From Naegleria gruberi (Eukaryota), in assembly GCA_000004985.1 (NCBI GenBank), contig GG738890.1: 64,000 nucleotides of DNA; one strand, given 5' to 3'. Both the position numbers and the translations under genes were made by a program. The notes below the pieces were generated by a model that saw only the letters and a list, made by a program, of their open reading frames with translations, did no database searches and had not been told where the DNA came from. Below, piece after piece: positions 34,171-44,325 of the stretch. Each line of letters opens with the position of its first letter. The first letter of the stretch is position 1.

Positions 34171-37100
34171 TTAGAAGGAAAGTCTATACAATACATAGCA
34201 AACGCGATTCACAAATGTTCCAATAAAATCTTGTTCTTGATCATTTGGTATTCTTGGATCTTGAATAGTGACACCCTCAATCTTTGGTGAGCTGGATCGT
34301 TGTTGTAATTCTAGTAGTAATTCTGGCTCTTGTAACAATCTCTTCTTACACAAATAACAAGAGATAGTGTTGGAGAGGATTGAATAGTTAATGTGAAGTA
34401 AGTAATTTTGGCCTGTTGCACTACTGTCTGGAGTGATAATCAAGTGTTGAGCAGTGCCATCCTTTTTGAAAATACTCCCAGCCCTTTCTCCTCCATAAAT
34501 ATTCCACAACTCTGAGATGACATCATTCCAAGGTATATAGTTGGCCTCAAATATGGACAATGTAAAATCATAATCGGTAATAGGTGTCTTGATCCAAAGG
34601 GCGTCCAAGTCATTGAAGAGATTTTCACTAATCTTGAAATTGAGAGCCATTTCCCACAAAATATCAAGCTTGAATGAATCCTTAACGCTGTGGAGAAGGT
34701 TGAGAAGTTTTCTCTCATATTGTTGAGCCATTTGAGTGACAATCTTGTACATGTTTTCTTTGGAACCTTCAACATCAGAATCATACGGATGTCTATTGGT
34801 AGCATCTGCAAAGACAATGTACATTGTGAGATTCATTGTAGAGTTTTCATACATTTCTTCAGACATTGGACTTGAAGGAGAGATGTGAGAAGTTGAATTT
34901 TCAATACTCTTAGTGACAATGACAGAGTATGAGTAGTCTGCCTCATCATGTGAAATATAGGTATCCAAAATAAAGCACTCCTTACTCTTTTGGTTGAACT
35001 TGACACGATATCTTTCAGAATTCTTGCAAATATATTCAAAGAAGAAATGGAAAGGATCATTCAATATTTCTCTTCTCTCCAAATTTCCACTAGCCTTTAT
35101 GTTGGCCTTTTCTCTCATAATATCGGCAATGTCCTTAGAATTTTCAAATACGATATGATGAGAGTGGAGAATATTTCTGGTGTGAGGAGGTGGCTTTGGA
35201 TAGAATTGAGCAAAGTCCTTCAACAAGCACATAAAACTGAGAGAAGGAGGAAAGCCAGAATAGTCTGTAGTGAGGTAATTCAAAAAGTTTCTCAAATGGA
35301 AATCATAAGAAAATGAATTCATGTGGAGTGAGTGTTTGAATTGACTGACTTTCTTCAAGAATTCTCCTCTGGAAGAAGAACGATTATGCATCAATCCTGA
35401 AGGTTTTTGAGACACTGTATCGGATACATAGACATTCAAGTAGGCATAAATACTGTCCAATCCAAGCTCCAAAAACAAGACACCTTCATCCATTTGTTTT
35501 TGGAAATAAATAGTTGTTGGTTGAAGTTTGATAATTTGGTTACCAACGACTTGAACCAATGGAGTAGGTTGTTTTGGTTGCTTTTCTCTTGTGATTGAAA
35601 TTTGAAGGTTTGGTTCTGCTCCAGGAGTTGAAGGAATATCGTTCTGCTCGGATGGATTCAAAAACACATCAGAAATATCCAAAGATTTGACATACTCAAC
35701 ATATTCGCTAAGGAAAGATTCAAATACCTTTCTGTGGTATCCAATTTCACGTAAATTATTATTTTGGGTATCTTCAAAGGATGAGGTATTACCAAGATCC
35801 ATCTGTTGAATAATTGCTGCAGAGCTTGAAGATACAAATGAGGATGGATCGAAAAGTATTCTTCTTAAAGGATTGAACAAGAGAGGTACTCTACAGAAGT
35901 GAATCAATCTCGAAGTATTCTTAATGAGTTGGAAATCTTTCGATTTGAGACTAGTAGAGTAGGATTTGTTATTCCAAAATCCATAAATTTTAGAAACTTG
36001 TTGTTGTTCCACCTTCTTCTTGTAATTTTGGTGGACAATGTGCTTAAAGTGGAGACCATGAATTAAGAGCTGATCTTTCTTTGATTCTACTGGGGTTCTT
36101 CTACTCAAATATCTGCCAGGATTCTTATCTAGATCATAAATTCCTTTCAGCAAGGAACCAAATTGATTCTTGCTGGATTGTGGCTTCTTTTCCTTTCTGA
36201 TAGGTTTGGCAACTTCACTCTTTACCTCAACTGTTGCTACTTGTATTGGTGTTGTGGTTTGAGGTGTTTTGAATCTATTGTAAATTTGTCCTCTAACATC
36301 AGGCATTTGTTTTGGTGCATTCATGGTGGATGGAGTGGAAGGTGTTGTAGTACTTCTCCTGATTGTGGTTGTAGTTTTAGGATCTACTGGTGCATTTTGT
36401 TTGTTATAAATCAAGAGGTCAATATTGTTGAAGGCGAATTGAACTTCCTTTTGTGGCTTTCCACTTTGACTTGGATTTAAAGGATTTGATGGAATTGAAA
36501 CCAAGTTACTAGAGTGTGAGTGATAGAATAAACCAAGTTTTTGATGGAGAATGCTATTCAATAAGTGAGCTCTACATCTCAACCATGAGACAGTTTGATG
36601 CAAGTGATATTTGAATTTTTCAAACTGAGGAGACTTCCAGTTGTAAGCTATTACTTGGAGCTCAGCACTTGTGAGGATAATGACAATACAACATTTTCTA
36701 TTATATTTGAATGAATTTCTATAGTTAAATCCTTCCAATGATATTATATCACCAATCTTGATATTTTCACCAATATTAATAACTCTATCATTATTTTGCA
36801 CAAGTATATTACCGGCTATCATGGCAAAACAAACATTGTTAGAATCAATCAAGTGGTACTTTTCTGTGAAATCTTCACTTCTAGAGTATTTGACAAAGTT
36901 TTGCCTTCCGTCTGTGCTGACAAATGTAACTGGTCTAAATTTAAAGCTGTATACAGAGAGTAAGTTGTAGAGATCTCCAATAAAACGTCCCATTTCCCAT
37001 AATGGTAAGAAAATAGATGCTCTGTGTTCAGTTAGTGTTGGAGAATCAATTCTGGAGGCTTTGATGGCTTGAGTTTGTAATCTAGCTAAAAAGTATCTGT

Positions 37101-40100
37101 TGAATCCTTCCAAACTCAAAGGGTTTGTAAATAGTCCACATTCCACAATATAATCAATAACAGATTGGTTAACAGTTTGAACAATCTTTTCTAAAAGGGA
37201 AGGAATATCAACTTCTCCCTTCTTCCAAAACTCGAACAGTATCTTTCCATTCTCACTTGACAATGACTTGGAAGATACTTCTGTTGTTGTCCCTACCTCG
37301 TCATCCTCATCTTCAGAGTCAGAGTTACTGCCTTCCTTCTTTAAAATGGGAGCACCAAAATCTGTGTAAGGAATGTTTGCAGGTTCTTCTTGCAAGTTTC
37401 CAAGCTGAGAGACACCTGTCAAATCGCAAACATATGACTCCTTCATAGGTGGGAAAACTGTAACCATCTCTCCATTTTGATTCAGTAATGTTAATTGTAC
37501 ACAAGCTATACCTCTGCAATTCACTGTTGAGGTCATGGCTCTTGAGAAGGTATTCTGTGTGACAGAGTTGAACAAGAAGGAAAAGTCCCAAGCTTTAAAT
37601 ACCATATCATCATCCTCGTCCTCGGTAAATGACATGTAGGCCTGAGGATTGTTACTATCAGTAGAGTCATCACTACTAGATAAATAGAGTTGATTCATAA
37701 AGGTCAACATGTTATTCCTGAGGAATAGCATGAACAAGAGCTTGTTGTTAATAAACTTTGGAATATTGATTAACACACTTTTTTGTGGTTTTTGTAGTAA
37801 TGGTCTAATAAACTCCAAATCTTCAACTGTAACTTTGAATTGTCTGTTTCTCAATAATAAATTGGAAATAATATTCATAGTGAGAGCAGATAATTTTCCT
37901 TCAATAAGATTTCTCAATTGTGCAGTAATTTCCGCACTTGGAGAATAGACACCATAGACTTCCAAAACTATGGAGGATGTCTTATTCTTCAAATCCAATT
38001 CAGCATACAAATATTGACCCATACTTGACAAGGAAAGTGAGTAATCTTTCAATTTCGTCTTGAATTCTTGGTCGGATTGTTCAGGTTGTTCTGGTATTTC
38101 AGGAGACTTTTCAGTGGTTGGTGACAATACATCTACCTGCTTGTTACCATCAACTAGTTGCAAATAGAAAACTCTACCACTTCTTTCCTTGTAGACAAAC
38201 ATTTCACTTCTGTTAGCAACAATGAACGGATTAAAAACTGCTTGATTCAAGTGATTAATAGCCATAGCAGTAGTCAAACGACTATGAAGAGGGAAAGAAA
38301 TTTCATATGTCTTTCTACAAGCAAAGTCTCCTTCCTTGAATTTTTCTGGATTTGGTTTTTCATTGTCCTTTCTGATAAGTTTCTTGTCTAGAGTATTGAT
38401 TTCATTTTGAAGAGCCTTCTTATCCTTTTCCTTTCTGAAGGGTAATAGGAGGGAGCTACAAAGTCTGGTATCATGTAAATTGGAAAGAAGTAACAGAGTA
38501 TTCACTCTCTTACAAATAACACTGATTGCCTTGAAAACAACACTAACCACATCATTGGCATGTTTAGTGGATAATGCAGTAGGTGAATAAAACAGCATTG
38601 ACATGGATTTTTTGTTTTCCACCCTTAATATAATCCAGAAGGGTAATTCCAGACAAGATCTTTCCATTTCAATATCGTTATCAAAAATAACCATTTCCAA
38701 ATCATCCAATTCCTTCTTGTAGAGATTGTACTTGTTATTATCAGAGGTTGCATCTTGCTCACAAGCTTTATCAAAATCCTCAAATATTGTATGCTTGGAA
38801 CAACAATTTCTCTTTCTAAAGTAAAGAATGTAGTGATTTTCAATATTCTTAAAGACCAAGTTCTTACATTTGGCCATTTCTTGGTGGAATAATTTCAATC
38901 CTTCAACAGGGTCGATGAAAAAGAGAGGGATTGAGTGTTTTTGGTAACAGGTGGTTGGCAACTTCTCTATATTATCAAAAACCTTCTTGATTGAATATGA
39001 AGTGATTGGATGAGTTTTAAGGAGAGCATTCAAAATTTCTTTGGAAATAAGAGCTTGGAGACGCTTATTAGTTCTAGACATTATTCTTCGAATGTGTCTT
39101 GGCAGGTATCCCTTGTCGAGGTAAGGTGCTGCTTCATCTGTTGGTACATCAGCTGATGAATCCTCTTCGACATCGAATACACTTCTTGCATAGGCAAACT
39201 GACTTTCAGTTACATGATTTCTGAACATCATGAGTAAGTCCTTCTTGGCTGGTTCGAATCCATTCACAGCCGCAAAGTGTTTATCAGGTGGAAGAGTAAT
39301 ACAATAGAGTCTGAGAGAAGTCTTTACAGAGTTTAAAGAGTTAATCCAGTCCAAATCCATACTAGAACGAGTGAAACTCTCAGGTTCCTCTTCTTCATCT
39401 TCACTATCTTCGTCCTTTGAAAATGCAGATAATACTTGAGCAAATTCACCCTTGCTAGACATGATTGTACTGGCAATTTTGTCAATTGGCAGTTTCTTAA
39501 TAGGTACTTTGATAGTGGAACTTATATTCTCCGAGTCATTATCAAGTTCATTCCAACTATCGTGATCCCTCTCAATTGGTGATAAAACACATTCCATTCT
39601 CATGAACACTGGGATGGTAGAATTTTCCAACTCTACAGAGTTGAATGTATCAGTCAGTGAAGAGCCAGAACTATCTGTTAATGAATCAGAAGCATGATCT
39701 GAGTGAGGATGAGTATCTGCTCTTGCTCCAGCAGATATACTTGTTGAGATGGAGTGAATTTCATCCTCTTCGCTATGGAAACTGCTAATTTCATCATCAG
39801 AAGCTTCAGCGTCAAAATCTTCATTCTCAATTTCTTCTAAATGGTCAAAGCTCTTGGCACTATTCTTCTTCTTGAGAATTTTTGGATTAGTAGTAGTGGT
39901 TGTCTGATTCTTAGTTTTTGGTATCGAACTTTCTCTCAAATAGTAATGATACTTAGTTCCTCTGATATCATCAAAGTACTTTTCAATTATAGCCTTGAAG
40001 GAGGCTGCCATTGATTCGCATGGACTTATTCCATTTTCTCCCTTCTCGAAGAAGTAACTTCTTGCCAATAGTATTGCTTCAAAGAATTCAGACAAGTCAA

Positions 40101-43100
40101 TTTCCTCCCTATATTCGTAACAAGATTCAACAGCAGATACAATATTTTCTCTATCAACCAAAAGTTTTTGGTTAAGATGCTTATAAACTCCATAAGATAA
40201 ACTGTAGGAGTGAAGATTAGTAACAAAATCACAATATGAAGCAGAAGAAGAAAATGCTTGCTCCTCCTCGTGCATTAGCATTGGGTGTGCCTTCACATTT
40301 AGAGGTCCATTCTTGGAACATACTAACTTTTCAATTGCCTCATTACGTTTCAGATTCTCGATGTTTAAAAGTTGGTCCTCGTTACATTCACATACAATAA
40401 TGTTGAAGTTTAACTCCTCTCCATTCACTTGAGCAGGAACGATTGTTAAAATAAAGTCCTTTTGTCTTTCAGAGCCAACAGTTTCAAACACTCTTGCAAA
40501 ACATCTTGATTTGGTATTTAAATTGAGTGGAATCCTATCAATGTTCAATTCCACATCATTGATATTACTAAGGAATTTGATGAGTCTGTCATAGAGTAAA
40601 ATATTATTCTTCTTGCATAATTCCGACTCTGATTCACTTGAAATTTTAAAGACCTTGAATTGAAGGTCTTGCTTCTCAGATCTATCAACAATACCCTTTA
40701 GGTTGAAAGGGGTCGGAAGATTATTCTTTTCAGCTTGGAATACGGCAATATTGTTATTATTTCCTTTCCCGGATTTACATGCCGTAACAACACATTCAAA
40801 GGTTGAAAATAGAGAAATAATTTGCAAATCCAAATTATAAAACCAATTATCACACAAATCAGTGTAAAATTGGGAAGAATCAGAGAGAGCACCACTCGAA
40901 TGGGTCACATAACCTGATTGTGGCTCAATCCAAAGTTCTGTAATCAGCTTCTTTTCTTTCTTGAGGATGTGAATACAATAAAAGACCAACAATTTAGAAA
41001 GATATTCCGCATCGTTGAAGGCGTTTCTTTTCATCATTTCCAATTCCTTCACAAATACAATAGATTGTTTTGAAGAAACTAAAGAGAAACCTTCACTAAA
41101 TCTCTGAGAGAAAATGGAGGACAATATTCCAGCAACATTCAATCTGCCACCAACAGACCATACCCAATTTTTGTGCTTCATATATGAAGTATAGTGTGGA
41201 GGAGCAGAGTAGAGTGATTGATTATACTGTGATTCATCCTCTCTACAGTTGGGCAGCCTGGAAGCAATATCTGGGAAGTGTTCACTCACATAGAAATTGG
41301 CTGAAATTCCTTTCTGATGGAATGTCCTTGTTATCTTTTCTTTGAATTGTCGAATAATTCTAGAAATTGTGAAGGAAGAAACATTAAAGAATTGGAATTG
41401 AATCTCGATTGGTGAATTGAAATTACTCAGCAGTTTCAAAAGGCAAAAACCAGAAGAAACACAGCTATCCTTCTCTTCCATGCTTAATAGAGAAGTATCA
41501 TCTACAGACTCGTACAGGTAACAGGTGGAATCCTGCTCTGAGAGGAATAAAATGTAAAAATCGTCTGATATTTTTGTTGAAGACCAACTGTTGTCACAAA
41601 GGGACCTCAGTATTGAAATATGATTTTGAACAGTGGTAATTTCCGTTGTTCCTGATTGAATTTGGGTCAAAATCTTTTGAATTATCGAATCTGATCTGTG
41701 TAAGTGTTGCTCGTCATTGTGAGGTGAGAGCATCAAAGTTTGTCTATCAAATAAAAAGTCTTTCTCATGTTCAAAATTAATATTTGAAAGGTCTAACTTT
41801 CTGATAGGTGTTCTGTTGGTGCATGAGCAATTGTCAGCAAGATTATGATATTGCTCCAGCAGCACATCCTCGATATTGATCTTTTGAATAAAGTCCTGCA
41901 CTGATTTGAAGAAGGACAACTCCTTATTTTTCTTTTTCAAGTACATCTTGAATCTTTCTTGATTGGATTTGTGCATAAATGCTGTGATTGTCACCACAAT
42001 TTTAAAATTTTTTAGTTTGGTGAGTGCAAAATTAGTAAAATTACTACTCGACAGCATTTGTAAATCTTGTTCTTCATTGAGAACATCTGTTCTTTCTATT
42101 TGCATTCTGTAAATAATTTCAATATTTCTCCTATAAAGTAAACTCATTTTGATGGATTTGTAATCGAGTTTTTCCTCTTCTGCCTTGAACTTGGTAAGAG
42201 AGTCTGTGTTTGTTGCGTATTTCAAGTCCATAATTTTGAAACCTTGTTTTGCCCTAGTTTTCAAGATGGAATCCACATTGGTCATATTCAAACTGTAGGC
42301 AAGGATTTCCGATTCACAATAACCCTTCTTTACATCCTTTTTTATATCGGTCTGTGTGGTGAAAACACTCCCTTCTCCTGCAGAAATGATTAAACTCTCA
42401 TTCTCAGCTGCCAATACAGGTGTTGGCCTGAATAGCAATGCATGTTGGAGTGCATTAGTCTTTTTTCTATCATTTTCTGATGGAACTTCTTCAATATACT
42501 CATAATCAATATAGTAACCATCCACACAAGCGATAAATGACTCTACCAATTCAGAATCAGGCAGATAACTATATAAGTAAGCCCCTTGGGATTGATTGGT
42601 GATATTAATTGTTGCAAAACTAATATCCTTTTGATTAATGCTCAGTATTGTTTCAGGAGTCAAATCAGAAATATTGAAAACGTTATCACTAATGAGAAGG
42701 AAAATTGGGCATGCATCTTTTGGTAAAAAGTCAAAAGCCAGTATCGAATCAGAAATGTAAGTATTGAATTTAGAATCAGAAGTCTCCGAAAGACTTTTAA
42801 GAGAAGGTCTAAGAGCATTTGAAGCCATATTTTCAGTTTCGCATAAATTTTGATAAACCTTTCCTAGAACCTCCACAAGATTTGTCGAAGTAATATGATA
42901 ATCTTGAAAGAGACAATAAACTGGTCTTCCAGCCATTCCAATAGCAATACAAGAAACATGAAGCTCTGGTAAAATTTCCTCCGAATAATTTGGTACAATA
43001 ATTGGTTGTGTTAAATGTGTTAAAATATTCGATATTGTCTTGAATACTCTGTCGAATAATACTTCTCCTGTTGTTGTATCAATTGCAAGCATAGAAGGAC

Positions 43101-44136
43101 TAATATCCACAGTAATAACAATTCCGTATTTTGAATAAATAGTATGAACCAATGAAGTTGGTAAAAGTTCTATTCCTAAATCCTCAGTAAATTCCTCTGT
43201 TGATGCAGTCGAACTAACAGTCTCAATGGTATCAAGATGTCCATGAAATTGGTTAAACTTTGGTGATGATTCATTTCCATTATAGAAATTTGGTGGCAGA
43301 ATAACAACACCACCTCCCTGTTGATTACTTCCTCCATAGTGAATCTGATCAATACTAATACTCCTCACAATATTTGAATTTGTGGCTTGATGTAATTGAT
43401 CAATACTCATACTCCTAGGAATAGAATCATGAGTAAATGGAAATTGATTTAAATAGGATTCATCAGAAATTGTTGTAGTTGGTGAATTTTGCATTGAATT
43501 TCTATCCATAGAATATTCTGAAGAGTGCATAAATCCACTCGTAAATGTTGTAGATTCATCCATAGAAGATGAATTATGATGGTGATGATGAGAATCAACA
43601 TGTTGATGGTTTTTCAAAAATCTATTCTTCCTAACAGATAAATCTTTACAAGTCTTGATAGAGACCGAAATAACCTGAATGTTTTTGCTATTATTATTGG
43701 ATAGGGAAGGAGAAGTAGGTGAATTTGCTGTTGTTGTTGTCGACAACATTGAAGAACGAGGAGAAGAGGTTACTTGCTCATGTGCAGCACCATCATGATT
43801 TTTCGTTATTAATTGATTAATATTAGCATGAAGATGATTCAATTGCCATACCAATCTCTCGGATTTTCTAAAGAGTGAATAGTCTTGTGATTTGAGAAAA
43901 ACATGTTTTGCTCCAACATTACGTCCAATATTATTACTATGAACCATATGAATAGAGGAAGAAGATAATGCTCTCTTGGACCGATGATGAAGCACTGGTC
44001 CTCCTCCATTCTCATCATGAAAATCATCCTGTGAGAGTGGAAGAAAGTCTTCCGAAGTGATCAACTCTAAAGGTTGTTGTTGTGTAGAGGGTGAGGTTGG
44101 AGAGGTCGTTAGCATAACATGATGACCGCTCCACAT
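34171..44136 (-). CDS. Giant 3321-aa protein, a putative SZT2 (KICSTOR complex) homolog
   Basis: It is a single uninterrupted 9966-nt ORF with ATG at 44136. The N-terminal segment ...HVFLKSQDYSLFRKSERLVWQLNHLH... matches my recollection of the vertebrate SZT2 N-terminus (...[25 protein letters not shown]...), and the size is similar (about 3300-3400 aa). I see no other recognisable domains: no chorein, BEACH, PIKK or AAA signatures. Confidence 0.5.
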   Translation of the reverse strand: MWSGHHVMLTTSPTSPSTQQQPLELITSEDFLPLSQDDFHDENGGGPVLHHRSKRALSSSSIHMVHSNNIGRNVGAKHVFLKSQDYSLFRKSERLVWQLNHLHANINQLITKNHDGAAHEQVTSSPRSSMLSTTTTANSPTSPSLSNNNSKNIQVISVSIKTCKDLSVRKNRFLKNHQHVDSHHHHHNSSSMDESTTFTSGFMHSSEYSMDRNSMQNSPTTTISDESYLNQFPFTHDSIPRSMSIDQLHQATNSNIVRSISIDQIHYGGSNQQGGGVVILPPNFYNGNESSPKFNQFHGHLDTIETVSSTASTEEFTEDLGIELLPTSLVHTIYSKYGIVITVDISPSMLAIDTTTGEVLFDRVFKTISNILTHLTQPIIVPNYSEEILPELHVSCIAIGMAGRPVYCLFQDYHITSTNLVEVLGKVYQNLCETENMASNALRPSLKSLSETSDSKFNTYISDSILAFDFLPKDACPIFLLISDNVFNISDLTPETILSINQKDISFATINITNQSQGAYLYSYLPDSELVESFIACVDGYYIDYEYIEEVPSENDRKKTNALQHALLFRPTPVLAAENESLIISAGEGSVFTTQTDIKKDVKKGYCESEILAYSLNMTNVDSILKTRAKQGFKIMDLKYATNTDSLTKFKAEEEKLDYKSIKMSLLYRRNIEIIYRMQIERTDVLNEEQDLQMLSSSNFTNFALTKLKNFKIVVTITAFMHKSNQERFKMYLKKKNKELSFFKSVQDFIQKINIEDVLLEQYHNLADNCSCTNRTPIRKLDLSNINFEHEKDFLFDRQTLMLSPHNDEQHLHRSDSIIQKILTQIQSGTTEITTVQNHISILRSLCDNSWSSTKISDDFYILFLSEQDSTCYLYESVDDTSLLSMEEKDSCVSSGFCLLKLLSNFNSPIEIQFQFFNVSSFTISRIIRQFKEKITRTFHQKGISANFYVSEHFPDIASRLPNCREDESQYNQSLYSAPPHYTSYMKHKNWVWSVGGRLNVAGILSSIFSQRFSEGFSLVSSKQSIVFVKELEMMKRNAFNDAEYLSKLLVFYCIHILKKEKKLITELWIEPQSGYVTHSSGALSDSSQFYTDLCDNWFYNLDLQIISLFSTFECVVTACKSGKGNNNNIAVFQAEKNNLPTPFNLKGIVDRSEKQDLQFKVFKISSESESELCKKNNILLYDRLIKFLSNINDVELNIDRIPLNLNTKSRCFARVFETVGSERQKDFILTIVPAQVNGEELNFNIIVCECNEDQLLNIENLKRNEAIEKLVCSKNGPLNVKAHPMLMHEEEQAFSSSASYCDFVTNLHSYSLSYGVYKHLNQKLLVDRENIVSAVESCYEYREEIDLSEFFEAILLARSYFFEKGENGISPCESMAASFKAIIEKYFDDIRGTKYHYYLRESSIPKTKNQTTTTTNPKILKKKNSAKSFDHLEEIENEDFDAEASDDEISSFHSEEDEIHSISTSISAGARADTHPHSDHASDSLTDSSGSSLTDTFNSVELENSTIPVFMRMECVLSPIERDHDSWNELDNDSENISSTIKVPIKKLPIDKIASTIMSSKGEFAQVLSAFSKDEDSEDEEEEPESFTRSSMDLDWINSLNSVKTSLRLYCITLPPDKHFAAVNGFEPAKKDLLMMFRNHVTESQFAYARSVFDVEEDSSADVPTDEAAPYLDKGYLPRHIRRIMSRTNKRLQALISKEILNALLKTHPITSYSIKKVFDNIEKLPTTCYQKHSIPLFFIDPVEGLKLFHQEMAKCKNLVFKNIENHYILYFRKRNCCSKHTIFEDFDKACEQDATSDNNKYNLYKKELDDLEMVIFDNDIEMERSCLELPFWIILRVENKKSMSMLFYSPTALSTKHANDVVSVVFKAISVICKRVNTLLLLSNLHDTRLCSSLLLPFRKEKDKKALQNEINTLDKKLIRKDNEKPNPEKFKEGDFACRKTYEISFPLHSRLTTAMAINHLNQAVFNPFIVANRSEMFVYKERSGRVFYLQLVDGNKQVDVLSPTTEKSPEIPEQPEQSDQEFKTKLKDYSLSLSSMGQYLYAELDLKNKTSSIVLEVYGVYSPSAEITAQLRNLIEGKLSALTMNIISNLLLRNRQFKVTVEDLEFIRPLLQKPQKSVLINIPKFINNKLLFMLFLRNNMLTFMNQLYLSSSDDSTDSNNPQAYMSFTEDEDDDMVFKAWDFSFLFNSVTQNTFSRAMTSTVNCRGIACVQLTLLNQNGEMVTVFPPMKESYVCDLTGVSQLGNLQEEPANIPYTDFGAPILKKEGSNSDSEDEDDEVGTTTEVSSKSLSSENGKILFEFWKKGEVDIPSLLEKIVQTVNQSVIDYIVECGLFTNPLSLEGFNRYFLARLQTQAIKASRIDSPTLTEHRASIFLPLWEMGRFIGDLYNLLSVYSFKFRPVTFVSTDGRQNFVKYSRSEDFTEKYHLIDSNNVCFAMIAGNILVQNNDRVINIGENIKIGDIISLEGFNYRNSFKYNRKCCIVIILTSAELQVIAYNWKSPQFEKFKYHLHQTVSWLRCRAHLLNSILHQKLGLFYHSHSSNLVSIPSNPLNPSQSGKPQKEVQFAFNNIDLLIYNKQNAPVDPKTTTTIRRSTTTPSTPSTMNAPKQMPDVRGQIYNRFKTPQTTTPIQVATVEVKSEVAKPIRKEKKPQSSKNQFGSLLKGIYDLDKNPGRYLSRRTPVESKKDQLLIHGLHFKHIVHQNYKKKVEQQQVSKIYGFWNNKSYSTSLKSKDFQLIKNTSRLIHFCRVPLLFNPLRRILFDPSSFVSSSSAAIIQQMDLGNTSSFEDTQNNNLREIGYHRKVFESFLSEYVEYVKSLDISDVFLNPSEQNDIPSTPGAEPNLQISITREKQPKQPTPLVQVVGNQIIKLQPTTIYFQKQMDEGVLFLELGLDSIYAYLNVYVSDTVSQKPSGLMHNRSSSRGEFLKKVSQFKHSLHMNSFSYDFHLRNFLNYLTTDYSGFPPSLSFMCLLKDFAQFYPKPPPHTRNILHSHHIVFENSKDIADIMREKANIKASGNLERREILNDPFHFFFEYICKNSERYRVKFNQKSKECFILDTYISHDEADYSYSVIVTKSIENSTSHISPSSPMSEEMYENSTMNLTMYIVFADATNRHPYDSDVEGSKENMYKIVTQMAQQYERKLLNLLHSVKDSFKLDILWEMALNFKISENLFNDLDALWIKTPITDYDFTLSIFEANYIPWNDVISELWNIYGGERAGSIFKKDGTAQHLIITPDSSATGQNYLLHINYSILSNTISCYLCKKRLLQEPELLLELQQRSSSPKIEGVTIQDPRIPNDQEQDFIGTFVNRVCYVLYRLSF

Positions 44137-44325
44137 ATTTGTGTTTTATATTGTTATTAGTTGGATTACTCTGCAATCAGGATTTGTTGATGATTAAATT
44201 GTGATGAGGTTTTCCGTTTTCTTAGTTTAAAGTTTTTTCTTTTTTTTCAAATTTCAAAAATTAATTTTCTTGTTTTTTTATTTAATTTACATGTGATAAA
44301 CTAATTTACTTCATTTCCATTAATG

